Of a DNA stretch of 32,000 nt, positions 1 to 9,564 are shown piece after piece (within the stretch, counting starts at the first letter, position 1; every line of letters starts with the position of its first letter). The stretch is taken from the NCBI GenBank assembly GCA_030606485.1, contig JAUWGH010000007.1, positions 1 to 32,000 of the forward strand, in the 5' to 3' direction. This DNA is from Promethearchaeota archaeon (lineage in GTDB: Archaea; Asgardarchaeota; Lokiarchaeia; Sigyniarchaeales; SOKP01). The notes beneath the pieces are model-generated. The model was given only the letters and a program-made list of their open reading frames with translations, was not told the origin of the DNA and ran no database searches. The translations under genes and the position numbers were made by a program.

Positions 1-410
<410 letters not shown>

Positions 411-536
411 TTATTATATCTTAATTTTATTTAAATCTTTTTAGAAAAATTTACCTCAAATTTTCTTGTTAAATCAAAAAAACTTTTTAAATTAATTTTA
501 AATAATAAGAAAATTTTAATGTAATATGAAGTATAT

Positions 537-674
537 GGGCCTGTAGATCAGTGGAAGATCATTGGGTTCGGCCTCGAACCCAAATTTATGCTTGACTTGC
601 ACGTCAACTTGATTGATTTTCATTCAAGAGATCAAGAGTTCAAGAGGTCACGGGTTCAATTCCCGTCAGGTCCA
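537..674 (+). tRNA. tRNA-Ala(UGC) with two introns (561-589 at position 25/26; 602-638 at 37/38)
   Basis: Removing both introns gives GGGCCTG TA GATC AGTGGAA GATC G CTTGA CT TGC AT TCAAG AGGTC ACGGG TTCAATT CCCGT CAGGTCC A, a complete cloverleaf. The 37/38 intron has a clean BHB (CTTG/CAAG helix, bulges CA|C and AG|T). A T-run follows the gene. Confidence 0.95.
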
Positions 675-1068
675 TTTTTCTTATTGAATTCATATTAAAT
701 AGACCTTTTATTTTTTTGATTATATTCTCTGCTCTAATCATACATTTTCTGCTTGAAAATCCTTTTGGAAACTCAATCCAAACAATATATTTTTCAACAT
801 TAATGTTTAAAGGAAGTATTATTGAATACAAATTATTTGTTTGAATTATCAATTTTTTAAATAAATATAATTGTTTGTAGTTAATAGAATAAAAAATATC
901 AAAAATTTTTTTAAAAGATGCAATTAATTTTTCTCCCATTTTTAGGTTTGAAAAAAAAATTAAACCTTCCTCTGTTCCTAAAATAATTTTAAGTTTAGTG
1001 CTTTGAGGGTTAAATAAATGTTCTAGAATTTTATGAATTTCATCATAATTTGTGATTTTATTATACAT
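640..1068 (-). CDS. Hypothetical protein, possibly a divergent Roadblock/profilin-like fold
   Basis: 142-aa ORF; the segment KIILGTEEGLIFFSN resembles the Roadblock beta-hairpin. The last 35 nt are antisense to tRNA-Ala. Confidence 0.5.
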   Translation of the reverse strand: MYNKITNYDEIHKILEHLFNPQSTKLKIILGTEEGLIFFSNLKMGEKLIASFKKIFDIFYSINYKQLYLFKKLIIQTNNLYSIILPLNINVEKYIVWIEFPKGFSSRKCMIRAENIIKKIKGLFNMNSIRKMDLTGIEPVTS

Positions 1069-1234
1069 TTTTTATTAAACCCCATTTTTCCAAATAAGAG
1101 TTGTTAGAAAAATGTTATTTTTCATTTTTATTAATTTAGAATAGAAATATATAAACTTCACTTAAAAAAATTTTAATAAAATCTAACATTAAAATTATAA
1201 AAATAATCAATTTTTTAGAATTTAGTAGTCTATT

Positions 1235-1354
1235 ATGTTAATTCAAGTTCCTGGGATCGATGGAAATACTTATGAATTCATTATAAATCTCATAGGTGTT
1301 ATTTTACTAATCTTTATTTTAATATATATTGCATTAACATCTCGTTCAGAATGA
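1235..1354 (+). CDS. Small single-pass membrane protein (39 aa), not in the ORF track
   Basis: Hand translation ATG(1235)..TGA(1354): MLIQVPGIDGNTYEFIINLIGVILLIFILIYIALTSRSE, with one clear hydrophobic helix. Confidence 0.5.
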   Translation: MLIQVPGIDGNTYEFIINLIGVILLIFILIYIALTSRSE

Positions 1355-1363
1355 ATATTCAAA

Positions 1364-2616
1364 TCATATTGCTGAAAAAATTTTTATCACATCATTATCT
1401 TTCAAAATATAATTCTCTCCTAATTTCATTTTCGATTTTACCTCCATCCCGTAAATGAAATGTTTTGCTAAGTCAGAATGGATTTTTTCTCTAATAAATT
1501 CCCGTATTTTTATTCCCTTTCTAACTAAAAAAACATCAGGGAGTATGTTTCCATCTTTATCTGTTAAAGTATTTAGATTTGCAACAGGATATACAGTAAT
1601 TTGGTTTAATATAGAAAATACTGCGTAATTTAATGTTTTTTGAACTCCTGTACCTCCAATTCCTTGTAATAATTTTTTCCTAATCTTTTCTAGGGTTTCC
1701 AATTCATTTTTTTTTAGATTATTTTTTTTTATTATATTAAAATCAGTATCACCAGGCATATATTTGATAATACCTTCCTTATTATATCTCCTAAGAATAA
1801 ATTCTGCTAAGGCACTGCATGGAATAATTTTCTTCTTATATTTTTTCTTTAATTCATCCAGTTTTTTTATACCAATATCTTTATCAATTTTATTCGCAAT
1901 TATTATTATCGGTTTAGAGATTTCTCTTAGATTTTTTGAAAAAATATTTAGTTCTGCTTTATCCCATTCAGATATTGACTTTCCATCTAAATTAGATTTT
2001 TCAATTGATTTTTCTATATCATCCTTTTTAATTGATAATCCAGATAATCTTTGATATAATGCTTCAATAAGCTCACTCCTCCCCTTAATAACTCTATTTG
2101 AAAATTTTTTCCAATCCTCTCTTTCAATAATTCCTTTAAACCATAAATTTATTTCATCTTCTAAAAACATTATATCTTCATATGGATCATGGGATCCTAA
2201 CTCTACTGTATTTCCATTCGCATCCAAAGATCCAGTAATATCTATAATATGTAATAGTACATCTGCTTGACTTAAATCACTCAAAAACCTATTCCCAAGC
2301 CCCTTCCCCTCATGAGCTCCTGGGACTAAACCAGCTACATCCAATAATTGAATAGGAATAAAACGAAATTGTTCTATACATTTTGAATTCTTAGGATTAT
2401 CCTTAACATTTAATTCTTTGCATACGCACAGCTTTTTAACATAACCTATTCCTTTATTAGGATCGATAGTTGTAAAGGGATAATCTCCAACTTTAGCATG
2501 AGTTAAACAAGCACTATTTAGGAATGTACTTTTACCGGAAGAAGGTTTAGGGTTAAATTAGAATATTTCTTAATATAACTTTTCTAATATAATTTCCCTA
2601 CCACACCGATTAGCAC
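1364..2616 (-). CDS. ychF: YchF/Obg-family P-loop NTPase, intron-containing; exons 2616-2594 and 2546-1364, 401 aa after splicing
   Basis: The frame of the 1364..2344 ORF stays open upstream to 2546. With exon 1 it reads MLIGVVGKPSSGKST (G1), YPFTTIDPN (G2), LLDVAGLVPGAHEGKGLGNRFLSDLSQAD (G3) and NKID (G4), with a TGS-like C-terminus. Spliced length is 1206 nt = 402 codons. GTG start at 2616. Confidence 0.93.
2547..2593 (-). other. 47-nt BHB-type intron in ychF mRNA
   Basis: Central helix AGGG(2599-2596)/CCCT(2552-2549), each followed by AAA. Inner 11-bp helix TTATATTAGAA/TTCTAATTTAA with one mismatch. AA|A cleavage at both bulges joins GGG AA + A CCT = G-K-P. The intron carries an in-frame TAG and is not a multiple of 3. 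Confidence 0.88.
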
Positions 2617-2641
2617 ATATTTTCACTTATAATTAAATTTG

Positions 2642-2647
2642 TTTATA
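2642..2647 (-). promoter_or_regulatory. Putative TATA box of ychF, implying a leaderless mRNA
   Basis: TATAAA on the minus strand 26-31 nt upstream of the GTG start. The AT-rich context lowers specificity. Confidence 0.4.
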
Positions 2648-2962
2648 TTTAATTTATTGAATTTTAGTTAAATTAAAAAAAATATAATTATTAAAGTCTA
2701 TTAAAAATATTTTCACAATAAATAATTTGAATATTTTTAATTAAGTTATAGTTTTATTTATCTTTTTAATAAGATTGTTTAATAATAACAGTCTAATGGA
2801 TTTATTAAAATTAATTTATTCTTTATAATTTAAATTTTTTTGACTATCATTATTTATATTTTTAAGACCATTTATCTTAATCTATCCAGTTCTTAGTAGA
2901 TAATGTTAATAAATTTCTTGAAATCGTTTTTTCTTCGGTTTAAAGAAATATTAGTAAAGAAA

Positions 2963-5737
2963 TTAAAAAATAGTATTTTCAGAGACTATTTTTTTATTAG
3001 TTAAATTATTTTCTTTTTTTGGGTCAATTAAATTTTCAATTAATTGCTTTAAAAGTTCAAAATCTTGTTCTTTTTTGAGAGAAAATTCAAAATTTTTAAA
3101 TGATATAAAATAGGATTTTATTTTTCTGTTTAATTTAATAAAAATCTTTTTTAGAATTTTATAATTTTTAAGTATTTCCTTTTGATTAACTGATAATTTG
3201 GAATAATAGTTCGTTCTTTTTTGAAAATAAAAACCTTTAAAAATCATTTTATTATTTTTAATCTCGTTAATTGATGCATTTAATATATTAAAAATATTTG
3301 TATCATCAATTTCTTTTGAGATTTCTGTTTCTTTAAAAATTAAAGATAATAATATATTCTCTTTAAATTCTCTATTCCATTTAGATGAAATTTGAAATAA
3401 TTGATTATAGATATTATATCCTTCTTGAACAAGAATCTTACTTTCAACATTGTCATAAAAAGAAGAAAAGATAATTGACTGAAGTTTATCTGATAATTCT
3501 AAATTTGAAATTTTTAAGAACCGAATAGGTCCTTTTGTAATGTCAAAAATTGATAATAATAATTTATAATTTGGAATTTTTTTTTTATCTGTTTCTCCTT
3601 TCATCTCAACGTTGATAAGTTCCTTTGAATCGATGTCCTCTATTAATTCTTTAAAATAATACTCATACGCATTCTGAAATTTTCTATTTTTACCATTAAA
3701 TTTTTTTCCTAAATTATTTAATTTTAAAAATACTCTTTTGGTATATTTTAAAAGGAGATTAGCATCCTCGGCAGAAATCTCTCCTGTAGAATCGCTTATT
3801 TCAACAATTTTACTGAGTTTCTTCAATTCTGAATATATAATAAAACTCTTTTTTAATTGATTTTTTTCAATATTCTCTAGAAAATCATTAATATTACTGA
3901 ATTTGTAATTTAGTCGACATGCTATTTGTTCTAAAAGTTCCTCAATGATATTTTTGCATTCAAGCCCACAATATTCAAAAGATTTACTCAAATAATATTT
4001 TTGAGCATTCTTGATTCGCTCTTTTAAATTTTTAATTGTTATTTTCTTTTTCTCATAAAATTTTTTCATAATATTTTTTTCAGCGTTATTTGGAAACTTA
4101 TCCTCCGTATCTTTTTTAAACTCAACTAAATTTTTATTATTCCCATTAAAGAGTTTCAAATCATCTTTTTTATTTTTTCCAAATGAATTTTTAAAATCTA
4201 TTAATTTGAATTTTAATCCTTGTTTTCTCGAATTATATACTTTTTTCAACGTTTTGATAGGCTTTTTCAGTAAAATTGAATTATAATTTTCTAGCTTTGG
4301 TTCTAATTTTCTTTTTTTTTCTGCCATAAAAGGAATTTGAAGAACAAATGGGTCTTTAATTGAATTTACTCTTACAATACATTGACCTTCATTCAAATAA
4401 GATAAATAATCATAATGATCTTTTGGTAATGACAATAATTCTCCTAATATTTCCTTTTCATAATAATTTTTAAAACTTACAATAATTCCCGAATTTGCTA
4501 AAATCTCTTCACTTATATCAGGTCTAGTCGCAATACATATAAGACATTCACCAGTTCCCCTTTGTAATAAGGCAATATCCTCTAAATATGTACTTAATTT
4601 ACTTTTTTTAACTATACTTTTTGGTACAAAATATTGTGCGTCTTCTATGATAGTAATGTGTTTAATCCCTTGATATCCGCCAGATTCTAAGTTATAATCC
4701 CATAAATATTTAAGTATAACGTTTAAAAAGAAGAATATGTCCTCTTTATCCCCCCCAAGACGAATAATCGAACTTAAATCTAAAATACAATCTCTTTGTA
4801 AAATCTCTTTTATAGAAATTGATGTATTATTTTCAAAAACTTTTTTTAAAGGTCCTTCAGAAAACCTTCGAATCCTGTTCTTTATACTTATAATAGTTTG
4901 TTTTAATTGGGGAATTTGATTTTCATATTTTAGTAAATATTTTTCACAAAAATTATGAAATCCTTTCCAATTTCTTGCATTTTCTTTATTACAAACATTT
5001 ATCATGATATCTATTAAAACTTTTTCCATTTGTGGTGTATATTCAACATTAGATCCGAGAAATTGAGAGCTTTTTAAGATCTCAAATATTCTTTCAGCAT
5101 GAATAGATGGATTTATAAATTCTGGATTGAAAATATTAATTGAAAAATTTTCTCCAGGAGATAAAAGTAAAATATTCTTTAACCTTTTACATAGAAACTT
5201 ATATTCTCCTTTAAATTCTACTAATAAAAAGGGAATATTTTCTCTTTTTTTAAAATTTATTAAAAAATTTTGTACAAAATTGCTTTTACCTGTTCCCGTA
5301 AATCCACAAATAAATACGTGTCTTTCTAAGTCTTTTTTTGTCAAATAAAAATTAAATTTTTTCCTCCTTTTCCTGACCAACCGCCCAATTTTTATTTTAC
5401 CTTTTTTTGAATCCTTTCTAGCAGGAATCGGTAAATCTATAATTTTACTATTAACTGGATAAAAAGATGATAAAATTAGTGATGTAAATGAAAGAATTAT
5501 ACCAATTAATATAAGAGAAATAAATATATTTAGCGGAATTGATTCAGATTTTATATTATTTTGAAATATAAAATAAAGAATTAAAAAGAATACATTGGCT
5601 GTATTAAGAATTATTATCGATTTCTTATGGTTGGGTATTTTAAATCCTTTTTTTCTTAAAAGGAAAAATAAAAAATTAATGAAAATTAGAAAAAAAAAAA
5701 AACCGTAATAAAGTAAATGCCAAAAAATATTAACCAT
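2963..5737 (-). CDS. Membrane-anchored HerA/FtsK-like (DUF87-type) ATPase with long C-terminal extension
   Basis: About three N-terminal TM helices; ERHVFICGFTGTGKS (Walker A), LLVEFKGEY, ITIIEDAQYF (Walker B), LCIATRP; about 450 additional C-terminal residues. Confidence 0.85.
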   Translation of the reverse strand: MVNIFWHLLYYGFFFFLIFINFLFFLLRKKGFKIPNHKKSIIILNTANVFFLILYFIFQNNIKSESIPLNIFISLILIGIILSFTSLILSSFYPVNSKIIDLPIPARKDSKKGKIKIGRLVRKRRKKFNFYLTKKDLERHVFICGFTGTGKSNFVQNFLINFKKRENIPFLLVEFKGEYKFLCKRLKNILLLSPGENFSINIFNPEFINPSIHAERIFEILKSSQFLGSNVEYTPQMEKVLIDIMINVCNKENARNWKGFHNFCEKYLLKYENQIPQLKQTIISIKNRIRRFSEGPLKKVFENNTSISIKEILQRDCILDLSSIIRLGGDKEDIFFFLNVILKYLWDYNLESGGYQGIKHITIIEDAQYFVPKSIVKKSKLSTYLEDIALLQRGTGECLICIATRPDISEEILANSGIIVSFKNYYEKEILGELLSLPKDHYDYLSYLNEGQCIVRVNSIKDPFVLQIPFMAEKKRKLEPKLENYNSILLKKPIKTLKKVYNSRKQGLKFKLIDFKNSFGKNKKDDLKLFNGNNKNLVEFKKDTEDKFPNNAEKNIMKKFYEKKKITIKNLKERIKNAQKYYLSKSFEYCGLECKNIIEELLEQIACRLNYKFSNINDFLENIEKNQLKKSFIIYSELKKLSKIVEISDSTGEISAEDANLLLKYTKRVFLKLNNLGKKFNGKNRKFQNAYEYYFKELIEDIDSKELINVEMKGETDKKKIPNYKLLLSIFDITKGPIRFLKISNLELSDKLQSIIFSSFYDNVESKILVQEGYNIYNQLFQISSKWNREFKENILLSLIFKETEISKEIDDTNIFNILNASINEIKNNKMIFKGFYFQKRTNYYSKLSVNQKEILKNYKILKKIFIKLNRKIKSYFISFKNFEFSLKKEQDFELLKQLIENLIDPKKENNLTNKKIVSENTIF

Positions 5738-6163
5738 TTCAAGAAAAAATTTGGATATTTCATTTAAATACTAAACCATAAATTCTAATATCTTTTAATT
5801 TAACCTTGCCTTAGAAAAACGATAATTTTCTATTTTTATTTCGTTTTTGAACTTTTACAACTGGATTACTAATCATTATAAATCTTTTTTTTTAAAAATA
5901 CCACTCCATTAATTAATAAAGATGCGTCAGAACTGATTCTTCTTTAAGACCAGTCTTAAAAGACTAAAGAATGACAAGTTAATCATAAATTAATCAAAAA
6001 TATTGATTAATTACCACTAAAACATTTTTATAACATTGCTTTTATAAAATTTTCTAAATAATCTTATTAACATTTTACAATCTTTAAAAAAAGGAAATAT
6101 TTTTATGACATAGAGTTCTATAAATATAAAATATCAAAATTAATACTTTTAAAGGGAAAAAAA

Positions 6164-7795
6164 ATGGTACAATTCTCAGGAGTTCCAGTAATCGTTTTGA
6201 AAGAAGGTACTGAAAGAAGACAGGGAAGAAATGCACAGAAGAATAATATAGCTGCTTCTATAGCTGTTGCAGAAGCAATAAGAACGACATTAGGTCCAAA
6301 AGGAATGGATAAAATGTTAGTTGATTCTTTAGGAGATGTAACAATCACTAATGATGGGGCTACAATACTCGATGAAATAGATGTACAGCATCCAGCAGCT
6401 AAGATGATGATAGAAATTGCAAAAACTCAAGATAAAAGAGTCGGAGATGGAACAACAACAAGTGTAATAATTGGAGGATCACTTTTAAAATCAGCACAAG
6501 AATTGATTGATCAATCCGTTCATCCAACAATTATTTTGAGAGGATATAGAAAAGCTCTTATAAAAAGTAAAGATATATTAAAAAAAATTGCTGATAAAGT
6601 AGATAGTTCCGATAAAAAAATATTAAAACAAGCTGCAATAACAGCGATGAATAGTAAATCAATAGTGGGAGTGAGAGAGCATTTTGCAGAAATCGCTGTG
6701 AAATCTATACTCCAAATTGTTGATCTTAGAGGAGATTTAAAAATAATTGATATAGATCAAATTCAAATAATTAAAAAAGAAGGGGGAAGTCTGTCAGATA
6801 CTGAATTAATCAATGGATTAATTATAGATAAAGAAATAGTACATCCAATGATGCCTAAGAGCTTGAAAAATGTAAAAATAGCTTTAATCGATACTCCTTT
6901 AGAAATTGAAAAGACTGAGTTCGATGCTGAAATTAAAATTCAATCACCAGATCAAATAACACGTTTTCTTGAGGAAGAAGAAAATATGCTAAAAAGAAAA
7001 GTATCTGCAATTATTAATTCAGGAGCAAAAGTAATCTTTTGTCAAAAAGGAATTGATGATAAAGCTCAGAGTCTTTTGGCAAGAGAAAATATAATCGCAA
7101 TTAGAAGAGTAAAACGTTCAGATATGGAAAAATTATCAAGAGCTACAAAAGCTAAGATTATAACCAATCTTGTTGAACTTACCCCCGAAGATCTTGGAGC
7201 ATCTGGATTAGTTGATGAAAAAAAAGTCGGTACTGACAACATGATTTTTGTTTCAGAATGTTCAGATCCAAAAGCTGTAAGCATCTTGATTCGAGGTGGT
7301 ATTGCACATGTTGTGGATGAAGCAGAAAGAACTTTAAATGATGCTTTATGCGTTGTGAGAAATATAGTTGATAATCCATATATTCTAGGAGGTGGCGGAT
7401 CTTCGGAAATAGAATTATCAAAACAATTAAGAGATTTTGCCACAACTATCGGTGGTCGAGAGCAATTAGCAATAGAAGCATATGCTTATTCTTTAGAGGT
7501 TGTCCCAACTACTTTAGCAGAAAATGCAGGACTTGATCCAGTTGATTTATTAGTTGAATTAAAGGCGAAACATGATAGCCCTGATGGTAAAGCAATAGGC
7601 GTAAATATTCAAACTGGAAAACCGAGCAATATGATCGAAGAAGGTGTAATTGAGCCTTTAGTGGTTTTAATGCAAGCTATCCAATCTGCGACAGAAGTTT
7701 CATCGATGATATTAAAAATAGATGATGTAATAGCTGCCTCAGGTGGAATGAAAGCAGGAGCTGGTGGTCCACAAATGCCCCCGGATATGGATTAA
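6164..7795 (+). CDS. ths: Thermosome (group II chaperonin) subunit
   Basis: [50 protein letters not shown]. Alpha versus beta subunit not determined. Confidence 0.98.
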   Translation: MVQFSGVPVIVLKEGTERRQGRNAQKNNIAASIAVAEAIRTTLGPKGMDKMLVDSLGDVTITNDGATILDEIDVQHPAAKMMIEIAKTQDKRVGDGTTTSVIIGGSLLKSAQELIDQSVHPTIILRGYRKALIKSKDILKKIADKVDSSDKKILKQAAITAMNSKSIVGVREHFAEIAVKSILQIVDLRGDLKIIDIDQIQIIKKEGGSLSDTELINGLIIDKEIVHPMMPKSLKNVKIALIDTPLEIEKTEFDAEIKIQSPDQITRFLEEEENMLKRKVSAIINSGAKVIFCQKGIDDKAQSLLARENIIAIRRVKRSDMEKLSRATKAKIITNLVELTPEDLGASGLVDEKKVGTDNMIFVSECSDPKAVSILIRGGIAHVVDEAERTLNDALCVVRNIVDNPYILGGGGSSEIELSKQLRDFATTIGGREQLAIEAYAYSLEVVPTTLAENAGLDPVDLLVELKAKHDSPDGKAIGVNIQTGKPSNMIEEGVIEPLVVLMQAIQSATEVSSMILKIDDVIAASGGMKAGAGGPQMPPDMD

Positions 7796-7855
7796 ATATT
7801 TTTTTTTAATTTTTTTTAATTTTTTTATAAAAAATTTCTCAATTTCTTTTTACAA

Positions 7856-8311
7856 ATGAATAAAATCAAACTCTTTGCATTACATTTTAATGAATGCGAC
7901 CCCGTAAAATGTACTTCACTAAAACTAAAAAAATTCGGTTTAGTAACAATCTCTAATATAGTAATTAATAAAATGAAAAACTCTATTCTTTTAGACCCCT
8001 TTGCAGAAAGAATTTTATCAGAAAAAGATATTATGTTGGTGATTAAGTATGGAATTACAGTAATTGATTGCTCCTGGAAAAATATTTTAAATATTACAAC
8101 TTTAAAATTTAAAAATAAAAGAAAATTACCCCCACTAATCGCAACAAATCCAGTAAATTATGGTAAATGGGAGAAATTAAGTTCGGTTGAAGCATTAGCC
8201 GCAGCTTTGTATATTATAGGGTTTAAGCCATTCGCAAAATTACTTCTCTCGAAATTTTCTTGGGGAACTGAATTTTTAAAATTAAATTTCGAAGGCTTAA
8301 CTAAAAATTAA
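7856..8311 (+). CDS. tsr3: 16S/18S rRNA aminocarboxypropyltransferase Tsr3 (DUF367)
   Basis: HFNECDPVKCTSLKL, IDCSW, RKLPPLIATNPVNYGK, LSSVEALAAAL, FSWG motifs. Confidence 0.95.
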   Translation: MNKIKLFALHFNECDPVKCTSLKLKKFGLVTISNIVINKMKNSILLDPFAERILSEKDIMLVIKYGITVIDCSWKNILNITTLKFKNKRKLPPLIATNPVNYGKWEKLSSVEALAAALYIIGFKPFAKLLLSKFSWGTEFLKLNFEGLTKN

Positions 8312-8313
8312 GT

Positions 8314-9315
8314 TTATTCGAATTTTGAGCTTGTAATGATATTTATAGAATTTATTAATTGTTCTGTGATATCATTAGTTCCAATTATTTCTAATATCGA
8401 AAATATTATATTTCGTGCTTCCCCCATTACTGGAATTCCACCAAATGTTAAAGGAAATAAAGCAACAAAAGAAACATTTTGTATATTTGATTCTTTTGTA
8501 ATTTCATCAGAAAACTGTAATTTTCCAGAATGACATGCTAAAATTCCATAAAAGGATTCAGAATTTTGCCCAGAAATACATATATATGATAAGAGTCTTC
8601 CCAAAGCAATATCTTGAGCTTCCTCTAACATTTTTTGGAAACCAACATTTGCATTTGCTGAGAAGGCTTCTATTGTTAAGGGTAAAGATTGGTCAGATAC
8701 ATCTCTTGCATCTAAAGTTAAACCAGAAAGATTAACCAAACTATATCTAGAAAAAACCGGATTTTTAATTGAATCTAAAATCTTTCCTATTGCTTGTAGC
8801 TTCTCTAAGTTCTTGTAATTATCACTATTATATGAAGTAAAAGAAATTTCTGTTCCCATTGAAAATAAATAAATTGCACTGCGAACTTTATTAGAGAATT
8901 CTTCTAAATCCTTTTCTGAATTGGGAAATCCACCAAAAAAATTACCAATTTCTCTTTTTAAGTGATATGTACTGCTTGCAAGATTATCAGGATCTAAGGG
9001 CCATTCGCCTTTATAGTTATGCACTATAGTTAATAATGTTTGATTTATTCTAATTGTAATTATACAAACTTTTTCAAAAAAAGAAAAGGAAATTATCTGG
9101 TCTTTAATTCCTAAATCATTCCAATTTTCTTCACTTGCAGAAAAAGCTATTGAAGCAAGGCCAGTAATTATATTAGCATCAAAATTAAGGTCACTTTTTC
9201 TGCCTATGTGAGCGATTGATAATCCATTTTCATCACACAATATTACCATCAAAGTTTCTTTTGAAGATCTTAAAATAGCTGTTAAATATTTAATTAACGA
9301 CTCTCTAATACTCAT
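8314..9315 (-). CDS. Tandem Roadblock/LC7-like domain protein
   Basis: Two similar units, VILCDENGLSIAHI...IITGLASIAFSASEENWNDL and YSLVNLSGLTLDA...AFSANANVGFQKMLEE, matching the Roadblock helix-strand pattern. Confidence 0.7.
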   Translation of the reverse strand: MSIRESLIKYLTAILRSSKETLMVILCDENGLSIAHIGRKSDLNFDANIITGLASIAFSASEENWNDLGIKDQIISFSFFEKVCIITIRINQTLLTIVHNYKGEWPLDPDNLASSTYHLKREIGNFFGGFPNSEKDLEEFSNKVRSAIYLFSMGTEISFTSYNSDNYKNLEKLQAIGKILDSIKNPVFSRYSLVNLSGLTLDARDVSDQSLPLTIEAFSANANVGFQKMLEEAQDIALGRLLSYICISGQNSESFYGILACHSGKLQFSDEITKESNIQNVSFVALFPLTFGGIPVMGEARNIIFSILEIIGTNDITEQLINSINIITSSKFE

Positions 9316-9462
9316 TTATATAACCATATAAACTATTTCTCTGTTTTTTTAATTCTTGTGGATTATTTTGTTAAAATTATATTGATTTTTATAAAATTTA
9401 AAGTTATTTTAATTTCAATAATGCTGTTAGATAAATTTTTGTATATACATCTTTTCTTAATT

Positions 9463-9564
9463 TGCAGGGAGGGGGATTTGAACCCCCGTACTCCTATGAG
9501 AGTGAATCCTAAGTCCACCGCCTTTAATCAACACTATTTTTTGACCAGGCTTGGCGATCCCTGC
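9463..9564 (-). tRNA. tRNA-Leu(UAG) with a 17-nt D-loop intron (9524-9540)
   Basis: GCAGGGA/TCCCTGC acceptor stem, GTGGA CT TAG GA TTCAC anticodon arm, long variable arm, TTCAAAT T-loop. Intron BHB: GGTC/GATT helix with AA|A bulges. Confidence 0.95.

Noticed and set aside
1364-2344. ORF-track start at 2344 (MDVAGLV...) and the idea of a truncated ychF pseudogene
   Set aside because: The frame is open to 2546, and the missing G1 start is found 47 nt further upstream across a BHB intron; no other lesions.
2547-2593. Intein, frameshift or transposon-footprint explanation for the ychF insert
   Set aside because: It contains an in-frame stop, is not a multiple of 3, lacks TIRs, and BHB geometry predicts the exact in-frame junction.
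5762-5877. Short minus-strand frame MISNPVVKVQKRNKNRKLSFF upstream of the HerA-like gene, considered as a spliced exon or ribosomal-protein remnant
   Set aside because: Multiple stops, no BHB joining it to the downstream ORF, and only vague similarity.
1764-8735. Shadow ORFs 1764..2054, 4737..4919, 5127..5348, 6118..6348, 7066..7443, 7179..7445, 8336..8533, 8535..8735
   Set aside because: Antisense to well-supported genes; no motifs.
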